From: Nitrospinaceae bacterium
GTDB lineage: Bacteria; Nitrospinota; Nitrospinia; Nitrospinales; VA-1
Assembly (NCBI GenBank): GCA_028822815.1
Contig: JAPKCW010000001.1
Location: 1-52,278, forward strand
Length of the DNA stretch: 52,278 nt
Direction: 5' to 3'
A program made the position numbers and the translations under genes. Shown here one piece after another: positions 17,867-28,119 of the stretch. The stretch's first letter is position 1, and every line of letters starts with the position of its first letter. The notes beneath the pieces are model-generated. The model did no database searches, was not told the origin of the DNA, and was given only the letters and a program-made list of their open reading frames with translations.

Positions 17867-19633
17867 TTACCCAGGTTTGGATTGTGCCAGAAGTTCGCGG
17901 ATTTTATCAGCCTCGGGCTGGCCGGGATCCAGATTCAGGGAGCGGGTAAAGTAGGCCAGGCCCTGCTTGGGCCTATTGAGGTGATAAAAATTAACAACGC
18001 CCAGATTTTTAAACACTTTGGAAGAACGGGGATTGAGCTCCACAGCACGCTTGAAATAAGAGTCCGCCAGCTTGAAATTTTTTTGCCACAAATAAATTTC
18101 CCCGAGCTTGGCAAAGGGTTCGGGAATTTCAGGCTCGATTCGACTGGCCAGCTGAAAATGCCGGAGTGCATCGGTTACCAAACCCTTTTCCAGGTAAAGA
18201 GCGCCCAAATTGTAATTGGTAGCAAAAACTCCGGGTCCTTTAACAAGCGATTCCTGATAATATTGTATAGCTTTTTCGCTGTTTCCCTCCAGGCTGTGAG
18301 CCCGTGCCAGGTTAATAAGGGGGCGTAGTTTATGCGGTGATTTCTGATGCGTATCCTGCCAGAGTGATAGCTCCGATTGCCACACCGCATTCCGCTTCAT
18401 GGTCATAATTCCCAAGGCGAACACACAAAAAATAAGAGTAATGTTTAGTGGTCGGGTTTCTCCCCATCGACAGGTTACTTCGGCGACACCGCAGGCAAAT
18501 AGGATGAAAATTCCCGCTGACGCGAGATAGGTCCGGTGTTCCGCAGCAAGATCGTGCAGGGTAACAATAGAAGAGGACGGGGAAAGAATGATGAAAAACC
18601 AGCACAGAAAAAAGAAAACAAAACGGGTTTTAAAAACTTTCAGGGAACAAAGCAACAAAAAAGCTATGCAAAACATTGGCAGCAAAAAGTTCCAGGATAG
18701 AAAACTGGTGACAACCGCTATATCGGGGTCGATATTGAGGTTCATAGGAAACAGTAGCATTTTTAAATAATAAAAAACGATCACACTCGGTTGACTGAGC
18801 ATGTACTTGGCCCTGCCGACCATCTCCTCGGGCCGTGATGGGCCTATAAGAAATGTCTCATCGGTAAGGAGCTTATAAAACAAAAAGCCGGCAACTCCGG
18901 CAATGATGCCAGTAATCGCCCACCGCCATTTTTTTAAAAACTGTAAAGCCGGGGAATGATCGGGGCAACTGCAAAGGTAATATAAGATCATTATAGCGGG
19001 CAGGGTTGCGACAATCTGTTTTACGCTGAAACCTACCAGGGCGATCAAAAATATGCTCAAAAAATAGAGGCCATATTGCAGGTGGGAGGTTGAGGATCGT
19101 TCCAATAATTGTTGAAACAGTAAAAACCCGGCAAGGTAAAAGGTCGAGGCGATGACCTCTGAACGGCTCATGATGTAAATTACGGATTCTGTTTGGATCG
19201 GGTGGCAAAGAAAAAAAACGGCTGAAAAAAAAGAAACGCTACGGATTCTTTTACTCCCCCAACCCACCGCTTCCATGCCAAAACGGCGAAGGGATTTTTC
19301 CAATACAAAAAAGAGAAGCAAGGCATTGAGAATGTGAAAAGCGAGGTTGAAAATATGGTACCCGAAGGGCCGAAAGCCATCCAGGTAAGCATTGAGGGCG
19401 AGGGATATTCTTAACAGGCCGCGTGCCAGGAATTCTTTTTTCCAGAATTCAAAGCTCAGCAGGGTTTCCGGATTTTTTAAGTTAGCGTTGTTGACAATGT
19501 AGGCAACGCTGTCAAATTGAAAGGGATTATTAAGATGATTGGAGAAAAATAAAACTCCAAGCAAAGAGATGAGCAGGCAGTAGCCCAGTTGGCTAAGTAG
19601 AGCCTGGGAGAATTTTGAATTTTCGGTTCTCAT
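17867..19633 (-). CDS. TMTC-like multi-pass membrane (GT-C/DUF1736-type) protein with C-terminal TPR domain, paralogue 3
   Basis: 588 aa. The first-loop motif is FQFDS. SRSEVIASTFYLAGF and AAEHRTYLAS are present. About 10 TM helices are followed by TPR repeats. Its start overlaps the upstream stop (ATGA). Confidence 0.75.
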   Translation of the reverse strand: MRTENSKFSQALLSQLGYCLLISLLGVLFFSNHLNNPFQFDSVAYIVNNANLKNPETLLSFEFWKKEFLARGLLRISLALNAYLDGFRPFGYHIFNLAFHILNALLLFFVLEKSLRRFGMEAVGWGSKRIRSVSFFSAVFFLCHPIQTESVIYIMSRSEVIASTFYLAGFLLFQQLLERSSTSHLQYGLYFLSIFLIALVGFSVKQIVATLPAIMILYYLCSCPDHSPALQFLKKWRWAITGIIAGVAGFLFYKLLTDETFLIGPSRPEEMVGRAKYMLSQPSVIVFYYLKMLLFPMNLNIDPDIAVVTSFLSWNFLLPMFCIAFLLLCSLKVFKTRFVFFFLCWFFIILSPSSSIVTLHDLAAEHRTYLASAGIFILFACGVAEVTCRWGETRPLNITLIFCVFALGIMTMKRNAVWQSELSLWQDTHQKSPHKLRPLINLARAHSLEGNSEKAIQYYQESLVKGPGVFATNYNLGALYLEKGLVTDALRHFQLASRIEPEIPEPFAKLGEIYLWQKNFKLADSYFKRAVELNPRSSKVFKNLGVVNFYHLNRPKQGLAYFTRSLNLDPGQPEADKIRELLAQSKPG

Positions 19634-21558
19634 GACGGCCCTTTCTGCATCTGGGCATGGTCAAGCAATTTTCGGGCGGTTGCGTTTCCAGGTTGCAGTT
19701 TGAGAACCTGCTCCAAGTAGGGAATGGCGTCCGCATAACGATTGTTTTTCAGGTGCAGGGCGGCCAGGTTTTGGTGGATGTCCGGAAGATCCTGTTGAAT
19801 GTCCAAGGCTTTTTTAAATGCAATTTCAGCTCTTTCATAGGCTTTTAAATTCCAGAAAATGATACCAATGTTATTTTGCGCCTGTGGATGCCTAGGTTTA
19901 ATAGCCAGCGTCTGGCGATATTCCTGAAGTGCTTCATCAAAAGATCCTACCTGTCGAAACGCGTTTCCTAAATCAAAGTGATAATCGGCTTTATGTGACC
20001 GCATGCTGACTGCTTTTTGCAAAAACGGAATGGCTTCTCCATAGGCCTTCTGCTTACTCTGGGCAAGGCCCGTAAAATAATAGGTGTCCGGTTTGTTAGA
20101 ACCCAGGGCAATAGCATGACCAAATTCTTCAATGGCTTGTTCCCAGTGTTTTTGCCGGAAATGGATATGGCCCAAGTTTGCATAGGCATCCGACTGGGTA
20201 GGGTTTAACTGCAGGGTAATGGCCAGTTCTGCTTTTGCTTCTTCGAGCATTTTGGTGTCCATATATGCGGTGGCTAGGTTGTTATGAACCAATGACTTGT
20301 TCGGCGATTTTTCTGCCGTGTCTTTCCACAGCGTGACCTCAGATCGGTAATCAAGCGAGCGGTTCACCGTGAGTAAAAAAGTAAGAGATAAAAATGCCAA
20401 CAAAAGGCCAGTTGCCAAAGCTTGAGCCCGACAAGCACTCAGAAACATCCAGCCCAGCGCAAGGCTGAATCCCAACCCGGGCAAATAGGTGCGGTGCTCC
20501 GTGGCAATTTGTTTGAGCGGAATAAAACTGGATGAGGGAAACAATGTGATGAAAAACCAGAGGACGGCAAATATTAAAATAGGAGATTTTTGCCGGGGAA
20601 CTATTATTGCTCCGACTGCTAAAATTCCAATAGCACAAATTAACTGCACGTCGATGAATCCGGATGGCAGGCGTATATCCGGCTCAAAGTTGAGATTAAA
20701 AGGCAGGAACAGCTTAAGCAGGTAATAGTGAACCACTACCTTGATTTGACTGAGAAAATATAAAAAACGGCTTGTCTCCCCGGAGACCGGATCGGCGTTT
20801 AAAGAAAAAATATTGCCCTGCTCTATATATCGATAACAAAGATAAAACAAAAGGGGCAGGAGAATGGCTCCGATTTTTGTCCTTAAAGATTTCCTCTCAT
20901 CGGGTGGAGTGATGAGCCAGATATAGATGATTGCCATTAAGGGAAAGGTGACGACAATTTCCTTGGTTCCAGCTGCGAGAAAAAGAAAACCTGAAATTCC
21001 CGCAATGAAAAGCAATTTGCCTGCCCAAGCCAGGTTTTCTTTGCGGGGGCGGACAAGCCTGCAAAAAATATAAAAGGCAAGCAGATAAAAAAATGTCGCC
21101 AAGCCTGATGAACGGCTTGAAATATAGGTAACCGTTTCCACCGTGAGAGGATTGAGTAAATGAATGGAAGCGCAAATTAGGGGCAACTGCTTGAGTTGAT
21201 TTGCGGCCGGCTCTAAGCGTAATAGTTCGCTGACCAGAAAATACCAGACCACTCCGGTCAGGATATGGATAAGAACATTGGTAAGGTGATACCCGAATAC
21301 ATCCAGCCCACCTATTTCCCGATTCACTGCAAATGTCAGCAAAAGAACGGAACGGTTAAAAATATTGCCGATGCCAACGTTATTTTGAAAATCATTCAAA
21401 TGTTGAATATAAGGATTCTCAACAATGGCATGGGCATCATCGTAAAGAAAAGGCGAATGAAAAGTGGCCCAGAAAGCCAGAAGGCCCATACAGGTGAGAA
21501 TTGTAACGGACTTTAGTTGATACCCGAAGGAACCAATGTCTGTGGTTTTGGAATTCAT
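19630..21558 (-). CDS. TMTC-like multi-pass membrane (GT-C/DUF1736-type) protein with C-terminal TPR domain, paralogue 2
   Basis: 642 aa. The first-loop motif is FLYDDAH. SRSSGLATFFYLLAF and ATEHRTYLPG are present, followed by TPR repeats. ATGA overlaps on both sides. Confidence 0.75.
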   Translation of the reverse strand: MNSKTTDIGSFGYQLKSVTILTCMGLLAFWATFHSPFLYDDAHAIVENPYIQHLNDFQNNVGIGNIFNRSVLLLTFAVNREIGGLDVFGYHLTNVLIHILTGVVWYFLVSELLRLEPAANQLKQLPLICASIHLLNPLTVETVTYISSRSSGLATFFYLLAFYIFCRLVRPRKENLAWAGKLLFIAGISGFLFLAAGTKEIVVTFPLMAIIYIWLITPPDERKSLRTKIGAILLPLLFYLCYRYIEQGNIFSLNADPVSGETSRFLYFLSQIKVVVHYYLLKLFLPFNLNFEPDIRLPSGFIDVQLICAIGILAVGAIIVPRQKSPILIFAVLWFFITLFPSSSFIPLKQIATEHRTYLPGLGFSLALGWMFLSACRAQALATGLLLAFLSLTFLLTVNRSLDYRSEVTLWKDTAEKSPNKSLVHNNLATAYMDTKMLEEAKAELAITLQLNPTQSDAYANLGHIHFRQKHWEQAIEEFGHAIALGSNKPDTYYFTGLAQSKQKAYGEAIPFLQKAVSMRSHKADYHFDLGNAFRQVGSFDEALQEYRQTLAIKPRHPQAQNNIGIIFWNLKAYERAEIAFKKALDIQQDLPDIHQNLAALHLKNNRYADAIPYLEQVLKLQPGNATARKLLDHAQMQKGPS

Positions 21559-23882
21559 GGAGTCGCGTTTTGCGGGCCGGTTAAATTTACCATCATTTTA
21601 TTTATTGCTTCATTTTGAGCCGGACTCAGGTCCATTTTTAAAGCCGTCTGCAAAAGTTCCCGGGCTTTTTTCATCTGACCAAGGTTAGCAAGAGTTTCTG
21701 CCAGAGAGATTTGTGCATTAAAATTATTGGGTTGGAGTGAAAGAGATTTTTCAAGAAAATCCTGTGCATTTTCCCAGTCTGCTTGCCGGTTAAAATTGAA
21801 ACCAATCTGAGCGTAGGCAGAAGGTCTGGGCCCGGTAACTTCAAGGAAGCTTTTAAATTGTTGTGTGGATGTGTCCCATTTTTCCTGCTTTTGATAAACC
21901 TTAGCAAGGTTGAACAGCGCGGGTTCATACCGGCTGTTCAGCTTTAAGCAATGTTTGAAGGCACTTACTGCCAATTCAAATTTGTCAGTCACCATATAAG
22001 CAGTGCCCAGGTTGAAATAAGCGGGCAATAAAGACGGATCTATTTTGAGGGCTGCTTCCCATTCCGTTACTGCGTTTTCAATTTTTCCGGTTTTTCCATA
22101 AAGTTCCCCCAAGTTCAACCGGGCCAAGGCAAAACCGGGGTCGGAATTTGACAAGTTGATTGCCAGTTTCAACGAGGCTATGGCTTGGTCGTACAACCCT
22201 TTTCGGTTATAAACCGAACTCAATCCTATTCTGGATGAAAAATGACCCGGCCTCAATGCCAGAGTTTTCAAGTATTCTTTTTCCGCGTCATCCAGTCGCC
22301 CTTGATCCAGATAAACGCTGGCCAGATTATAATGAGGTTCCACCAGCTCGGCCAGAAGTCCGATAGATTCTGAGGGGGAAAATTTATTGACGGATTTCTG
22401 GCCAGTTATTTTTTCGCGTCGCTTCAAAAATTCTTCAGCACTTTTTATATTGTACTGGGTGTCAATAAAATGGGAAATATTGGCAACGCTTTTTTCCAGG
22501 TGATGAGTCGCGAGGGCAAGATCACCCTTTTCAAAATAGGCTTTGCCAAGATTGTTATGGGATCTTGTTGACTTGGGATTCTTCTGGACGGAGTCTTTCC
22601 ACAAACTAATTTCGCTGATCCAGTCATTATTCCGGGTTGCTGTTCCCAGTGCAAACATGGGTAAAAGCACAAGCAACATTAAACAGCGCCAAGTGCGGGC
22701 GCCCCATCCCACAATCATGCACAGTCCTAATGTCATGGGAAGGTAAGTACGATGTTCCACAGCCAGATCGTTTAGAGGAATGATGCTGGAAGTGGGGGCG
22801 AGCGTAATGAAAAACCAGATGAAGCCAACGGCAACCCAAATATTCCTGCCTCGTGCCACGGTGAAAAAGATGCCGATAATAACCAGTCCCGCTAAAAATA
22901 TGAGCGGGTCGGATGCAGGGGTGCTGAACGGCAGGCCGCTGTCCACGTTCAGGTTGAAGGGAAACAGGAATAGCTTGAGATAATAAAAGACGATTACTTT
23001 TATCTGCACTAAAAAGTAAGGCATTCGTCCATAAAGTTCCAGCCCCTGGTCCTTGGCAATATAAAGCCAGGAATTGGCAACGATGTAGGCTCCCGCAAAA
23101 AAAACACCCAGGAAAAGACCCCATTTGAGCTGGAAAATTTTTTCAGCGAATTGCGGTTTCTGTGTTGAAACTATAAAGCCCAGATACCAAATTCCCATCA
23201 GAACAGGCAAGGTCGCACCAATGAGTTTTGAGGCAATGCTCATATATGCGCTTATCAGGATTGCTATGAAAAGCACCCATCTAAGGTTAAATTTAGGAAT
23301 TTTGTTTTTACGCGAAAACAGGCCGGTGAACAGGTAAAGCGCCAGTAAGTAAAAAAAGGTTACTAGTAATGAAGAACGGGAGGATATGTAAGATACCGAG
23401 TCGGTGTTCAAAGGGTGCAATGCAAAAAGCAAAGCTGTTGCCAAAGGAAACCCGCTAGCCGCGGCCGGGCCACGCCCGGTGGAAACAGGCTCCACGCCTT
23501 CGGCGGTCGCATTAGAGTTTTTACCAAGTTGTCTCTGGCGGCTCGCCGTCAGGTATTGGGTCCGCGAGATAAGAAAAAAAATCAATAGTGTGACACCAAT
23601 ATGAACGGTGAGATTAAATAAATGGAAGCCAAAAACCCGATTTTTTCCAAGCGTGTTATTTAATGCGTAGGTCCAGAGAACAACGGGACGGTTTTCAAAT
23701 GAGGAGAAACGAACCTGGCGATCGAATGCGTCCAGGTCTTCCACCCAATGACTTTGGATGAGTGGCAAATCATCAAACTGAAACGCGCCTTTCAGGGAAT
23801 TAAAATATACCGCGGTATTTGCCAGGATTAAAAGAAGCACACATCCTATAATTTTTTTAATTTCTGGCGGGGTGAGTATCAT
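21555..23882 (-). CDS. TMTC-like multi-pass membrane (GT-C/DUF1736-type) protein with long C-terminal TPR domain, paralogue 1
   Basis: 775 aa. The first-loop motif is FQFDDLP. SRSSLLVTFFYLLAL and AVEHRTYLPM are present. The TPR domain spans about 330 aa. Confidence 0.75.
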   Translation of the reverse strand: MILTPPEIKKIIGCVLLLILANTAVYFNSLKGAFQFDDLPLIQSHWVEDLDAFDRQVRFSSFENRPVVLWTYALNNTLGKNRVFGFHLFNLTVHIGVTLLIFFLISRTQYLTASRQRQLGKNSNATAEGVEPVSTGRGPAAASGFPLATALLFALHPLNTDSVSYISSRSSLLVTFFYLLALYLFTGLFSRKNKIPKFNLRWVLFIAILISAYMSIASKLIGATLPVLMGIWYLGFIVSTQKPQFAEKIFQLKWGLFLGVFFAGAYIVANSWLYIAKDQGLELYGRMPYFLVQIKVIVFYYLKLFLFPFNLNVDSGLPFSTPASDPLIFLAGLVIIGIFFTVARGRNIWVAVGFIWFFITLAPTSSIIPLNDLAVEHRTYLPMTLGLCMIVGWGARTWRCLMLLVLLPMFALGTATRNNDWISEISLWKDSVQKNPKSTRSHNNLGKAYFEKGDLALATHHLEKSVANISHFIDTQYNIKSAEEFLKRREKITGQKSVNKFSPSESIGLLAELVEPHYNLASVYLDQGRLDDAEKEYLKTLALRPGHFSSRIGLSSVYNRKGLYDQAIASLKLAINLSNSDPGFALARLNLGELYGKTGKIENAVTEWEAALKIDPSLLPAYFNLGTAYMVTDKFELAVSAFKHCLKLNSRYEPALFNLAKVYQKQEKWDTSTQQFKSFLEVTGPRPSAYAQIGFNFNRQADWENAQDFLEKSLSLQPNNFNAQISLAETLANLGQMKKARELLQTALKMDLSPAQNEAINKMMVNLTGPQNATP

Positions 23883-24153
23883 CGGGTTCTGAAGAATTAA
23901 TGAATCGCAGGGTGAATGACAACAGTGGCTTGAACACCTTATGGGATGAAATATTCAGGCTCTAAATATGTCCTTAATTAATTATCGTTTGATTTCGCTT
24001 CCATATTAAGAGGAATTTTGTCCTAAACCCCTAAATATTAGCACTTTTCAAAATCCCCTCAAAGGTGTAAAGTAAAATCATACATAATTCTAATCACTGA
24101 ACAATAAAGTGCAACTTATTTAAATCACTTATTGATAAATAACAGGGTTTTCC

Positions 24154-25644
24154 ATGAAACGGATTGGCAAAGAAACTAATATTCAAACGTTGCGTAAAAT
24201 ATCCAACCTTTTTCAAACGACTTCTTTAGAGGTGGATGAATTATTGGCCATGGTAATGGACGCGGCTAAAGATATTGTGGGGGTAAAAAACGGCTCGTTA
24301 TTGCTGGTTCAGGATGAAAAGACCTATAAACTACAGTTTTACCAAGCCTCCGGAAAAAATATGGGCCAATTAAAAGATATTGATTTACCGCCCGGTGTGG
24401 GAATTTCCGGTCATGTCGCGAAAACCGGGGAATCGGTTATCTCCAACGATGTGGCCAAAGATCCCCGGTGGTACCACGGAGTCAGTGAACAAATGCGGAT
24501 TCCTGTTCAGTCCATGGCCAGTTTTCCATTAAATGTTGATAAAAAAGTGATCGGTGTCGTCCAGTTTCTGGATAAAGTGGATGGAACTGTCTTCGATGAA
24601 AAAAATGTTGAGGTATTGGAACATTTTGCCAATTTGATGGCAAAATTTTTTCAAGTCTCAAAAAGTAGAAAGTTGCTGGGTGAGGAGTTTGGCAGGCTTA
24701 AAGAACAATACTTGCACCGTTACACGATAGTGGGCGAGAGCAAAGCCATCCAAAAGTGCATTGCTATGGCTGAAAAGGTGGCCGATTCCAAGGCCTCTGT
24801 CCTGTTAACCGGTGAAAGTGGAACGGGGAAGGAATTGTTTGCTCATCTGGTTCATGATCGCAGTCAAAGGCAAAACAAGCCTTTTGTTTCGGTCAGTTGC
24901 GGGGCCTTGCCGGCATCCATTCTGGAACGCGAACTCTTTGGGAACGAAAAAGGTGCCTTCACCGGCGCGGACACGCAAAAAATAGGTCTGTTTGAAGCCG
25001 CTCACACGGGTACGCTTTTCCTGGATGAAATAGGCGAAATGCCTTTAGATATGCAGGTAAAACTGCTGCGGGTTATTCAGGAAGAATCGTTCATCCGCTT
25101 AGGGGGTACCGAAACCATTAAGGTTGATGTCCGGTTGATTACGGCGACCAACCTCGATTTGGATAAAGAAGTCCGGGAAGGAAATTTCCGCCAGGACCTG
25201 TTTTACCGAATCAATGTAATAAAAATAACCCTGCCTCCCCTGCGTGACAAACTGGAAGATATCTCCGATTTACTAACCTATTTCATCAAGAAGCACAGCC
25301 CGGAAAACCAGCCCATTAAAAATCCGGGCAAAGGGCTGGTCTCCCACCTTATGAGTTATTCCTGGCCGGGCAACATCCGGGAACTGGAAAACTCTGTGGA
25401 GCGGGCCATTGTTTTAACAGACGAGGATGAACTGCTTCCTGAAGCGTTTCCTTTTGAAGCATCCCAGGCTCCCATTGAACTCAATGTGGGGTCCACCCTC
25501 AAGCAAGCCAGCGATTTGTTTCGCAGAACTTTTATTTCCAACACCCTTAAATCCACCAGCGGTAACCGGACTAAAGCCGCAAGGATTCTGGACGTTCAAC
25601 GTTCCTACCTCTCCCGGCTGATCAAGGAATTGGAAATTAAATAA
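24154..25644 (+). CDS. sigma-54-dependent transcriptional activator (GAF - AAA+ - Fis-type HTH)
   Basis: N-terminal GAF-like domain. Walker A is GESGTGKE. The GAFTGA loop (EKGAFTGA) is present, as are FLDEIGEM and the C-terminal HTH GNRTKAARILDVQRSYLSRLIKEL. Confidence 0.9.
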   Translation: MKRIGKETNIQTLRKISNLFQTTSLEVDELLAMVMDAAKDIVGVKNGSLLLVQDEKTYKLQFYQASGKNMGQLKDIDLPPGVGISGHVAKTGESVISNDVAKDPRWYHGVSEQMRIPVQSMASFPLNVDKKVIGVVQFLDKVDGTVFDEKNVEVLEHFANLMAKFFQVSKSRKLLGEEFGRLKEQYLHRYTIVGESKAIQKCIAMAEKVADSKASVLLTGESGTGKELFAHLVHDRSQRQNKPFVSVSCGALPASILERELFGNEKGAFTGADTQKIGLFEAAHTGTLFLDEIGEMPLDMQVKLLRVIQEESFIRLGGTETIKVDVRLITATNLDLDKEVREGNFRQDLFYRINVIKITLPPLRDKLEDISDLLTYFIKKHSPENQPIKNPGKGLVSHLMSYSWPGNIRELENSVERAIVLTDEDELLPEAFPFEASQAPIELNVGSTLKQASDLFRRTFISNTLKSTSGNRTKAARILDVQRSYLSRLIKELEIK

Positions 25645-25686
25645 AGAGAAACACTCCCTTCGATAAATCGGAAAATCTGCTAAACT

Positions 25687-25793
25687 CCACTAGCCGTGGA
25701 GGCAACTGGGCAAAGGCTCCTCAAGCCGCCAAAGCTCTTTGCTGGCCAAATAAAGTTATTGCTATCTGGCCCTACGCCAAGTAGGCCTAGTGG
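25687..25793 (+). repeat. family-A REP/MITE-like repeat, complete unit with both inverted ends
   Basis: Left end CCACTAGCCGTGGAGGC (25687-25703) and right end GGCCCTACGCCAAGTAGGCCTAGTGG (25768-25793). It ends 10 nt before the folD ATG. Confidence 0.75.
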
Positions 25794-25803
25794 AAGGAAA
25801 ATC

Positions 25804-26646
25804 ATGGTTCTTATTGATGGGAAAAAAGTATCCGCGGAAATCCGCAATCGCCTGACTAAAGAGACTGCGGAACTTAAAAGCAAAACAGGCCGTATGCCGG
25901 GTCTGGCTACAGTTCTGGTCGGAGAGGATCCTGCCTCGGCGGTTTATGTGCGCAACAAAAATAAAATATGCCATGAAGTCGGATTTCAATCCTTTGAACA
26001 AAACCTGCCAGCGGAAACTACCGAGGCGCAATTAATGGATCTCATCGATGAACTGAACGGAAATGATGCGGTACACGGTATTCTTGTTCAATTGCCGCTT
26101 CCGGATCATATCGATTCGCAAAAGGTTTTATTGTCCATTGACCCGGAAAAGGATGTGGACGGATTTCATCCCATCAATGTTGGTAAGCTGGCAATTGGCA
26201 ATGCCCTGCTCACCCCGTGCACACCAACAGGAATCATTGCCCTGCTGGATTATTATAATATTGAAATTGCCGGCAAACACGCGGTAGTTTTAGGCCGAAG
26301 TAATATTGTAGGAAAACCGGTGGCACATTTATTATTACAACGTCATGCCACGGTGACCATTTGCCATTCCAAAACGGTCAACCTGGAACAAGTGACCCGT
26401 CAAGCGGATATATTGATCGCGGCGGTAGGGCGGCCCCGTTTTGTGAATTCAGCAATGGTAAAAGAAGGCGCGGTGGTGATTGATGTGGGAATCAACCGCG
26501 TTGACGGGAAACTGACCGGCGATGTTGATTTTACCCCGGTCGCTGAAAAAGCAGGATTCATCACTCCCGTTCCGGGTGGCGTAGGGCCCATGACCATCGC
26601 CCTGCTCATGGAAAATACGTTAAAAGCTTTTAAAGTCACGTTTTAA
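25804..26646 (+). CDS. folD: bifunctional methylenetetrahydrofolate dehydrogenase/cyclohydrolase FolD
   Basis: Family motifs are present: MVLIDGKKVS...PGLATVLVGEDPAS.VYV..K, HGILVQLPLP, GFHP.N.G, TP.G, VVLGRSNIVGKP, PGGVGPMT. Confidence 0.93.
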   Translation: MVLIDGKKVSAEIRNRLTKETAELKSKTGRMPGLATVLVGEDPASAVYVRNKNKICHEVGFQSFEQNLPAETTEAQLMDLIDELNGNDAVHGILVQLPLPDHIDSQKVLLSIDPEKDVDGFHPINVGKLAIGNALLTPCTPTGIIALLDYYNIEIAGKHAVVLGRSNIVGKPVAHLLLQRHATVTICHSKTVNLEQVTRQADILIAAVGRPRFVNSAMVKEGAVVIDVGINRVDGKLTGDVDFTPVAEKAGFITPVPGGVGPMTIALLMENTLKAFKVTF

Positions 26647-26683
26647 AAATTTTTCCTTTAGAAATTTATGGCAGAATAATTTT

Positions 26684-28108
26684 ATGATCCGCAAAAAGCA
26701 AGGTCGCCTTAATAAACCTAAAAGTTCGCTCACACCTGAAGAGTCGACTTCGAGTCATCTTGCAGCGGCAAGTGCACAACCGCAGGTATACAGTGTCAGC
26801 GGATTGACCCGGGACATCCGCGCCATTATGGAAGCGGCATTTGACTCGGTTTGGGTGGAGGGAGAAATTTCTAACTTCAGGACCGTAGCTTCCGGCCACA
26901 GTTATTTTGTTTTAAAAGATGGCAAAGCACAGATCCGTTGTGTTCTTTTCAAAGGCTACCGGGCCGGTATCAAATTCCAGCCCGAGGATGGCGACCAGGT
27001 TTTGCTGTTTGGTCGGATCACCGTCTACGATGCCCGCGGCGAATACCAGATCATTACCGAGTCCCTGGAGCCAAGAGGACTGGGTGCCCTGCAAAAAGCT
27101 TTCGAGCAGTTAAAGGCAAAGCTGGAAAAGGAAGGCTTGTTTGATGATGCAGCAAAAAAACCGCTACCCGCTTTTCCCTGGAAAATAGGAGTGGTCACCT
27201 CTTCGACTGGCGCCGCTGTCCGCGATATCCTTAATGTCATTCGCAGGAGAAACCCCAAGGTTTCTGTTCTACTACGTCCGGCGAAAGTGCAGGGAGAAGG
27301 TTCTGCAAAGGATATTGCCCAAGGCATTCGCGACTTGAACACCGTGAAGGACGTGGATGTCATCATCATCGGGCGAGGAGGAGGATCGTTGGAAGACTTA
27401 TGGGCATTTAATGAAGAAGAAGTGGCGCGGGCGATTTTTGCATCTCGCATTCCAATAGTTTCTGCCGTGGGGCATGAAATAGATTTTACCATTGCCGATT
27501 TTGTCGCCGACCTCAGAGCCCCCACTCCTTCAGCCGCCGCGGAATTGACCGTGCCTGTCTTGAATGAAATTCTTAAAGATATCCGATCCTTGACAGGGGA
27601 ACTGGTAGAGACATTATGCCAACAGGTGGAGGATTACAGGGACCTTTTAAATCGGTTGATGGATCGCCGGTTTTTTCACCAACCTAAGGAAATATTCAGT
27701 CCTCATGTTCAACGTCTTGATGATTTATATGCCCGGCTGCTTCGAGGTCTTGAGCAACGCCTGGTATCGCATCAACAAAGATTGCAGGACAAAATACACC
27801 GATTATTTCAAGCCTCACCGGAAAAACATATTCAACATATGAAAGAAAACCGGGCGATGCTGGAAAAAAGAATGTTGCATATCATCCAGTCCCAGCTCCG
27901 TTTCAATAAGGAGCGCTTTGAAGGAATATTAAAAAACATGAACGCAATCAACCCGCTAGCTATTTTAGAAAGGGGATATAGTATTTGTTCGAAAAATGAA
28001 AAATCTTTGAAAAATACTGAAGGGGTCAGTCCGGGAGACAGGGTCCAGGTAAGGCTTTTCCGCGGAGGCCTGGATTGCACAGTAAAAAAAATAATAGAGG
28101 AAAGCTAA
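26684..28108 (+). CDS. xseA: exodeoxyribonuclease VII large subunit
   Basis: N-terminal OB fold (VWVEGEISNF...SGHSYFVLKD) followed by the catalytic domain (IGVVTSSTGAAVRDI, IIGRGGGSLEDLWAFNEE, VSAVGHEIDFTIADFVAD). Confidence 0.92.
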   Translation: MIRKKQGRLNKPKSSLTPEESTSSHLAAASAQPQVYSVSGLTRDIRAIMEAAFDSVWVEGEISNFRTVASGHSYFVLKDGKAQIRCVLFKGYRAGIKFQPEDGDQVLLFGRITVYDARGEYQIITESLEPRGLGALQKAFEQLKAKLEKEGLFDDAAKKPLPAFPWKIGVVTSSTGAAVRDILNVIRRRNPKVSVLLRPAKVQGEGSAKDIAQGIRDLNTVKDVDVIIIGRGGGSLEDLWAFNEEEVARAIFASRIPIVSAVGHEIDFTIADFVADLRAPTPSAAAELTVPVLNEILKDIRSLTGELVETLCQQVEDYRDLLNRLMDRRFFHQPKEIFSPHVQRLDDLYARLLRGLEQRLVSHQQRLQDKIHRLFQASPEKHIQHMKENRAMLEKRMLHIIQSQLRFNKERFEGILKNMNAINPLAILERGYSICSKNEKSLKNTEGVSPGDRVQVRLFRGGLDCTVKKIIEES

Positions 28109-28119
28109 GACGAATTTTA

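Noticed and set aside
25696-25803. A GTG-initiated 36-codon N-terminal extension of folD in the ORF track.
   Set aside because: The extension is simply the translation of the repeat unit 25687-25793. FolD homology begins at MVLIDGKK (ATG 25804).
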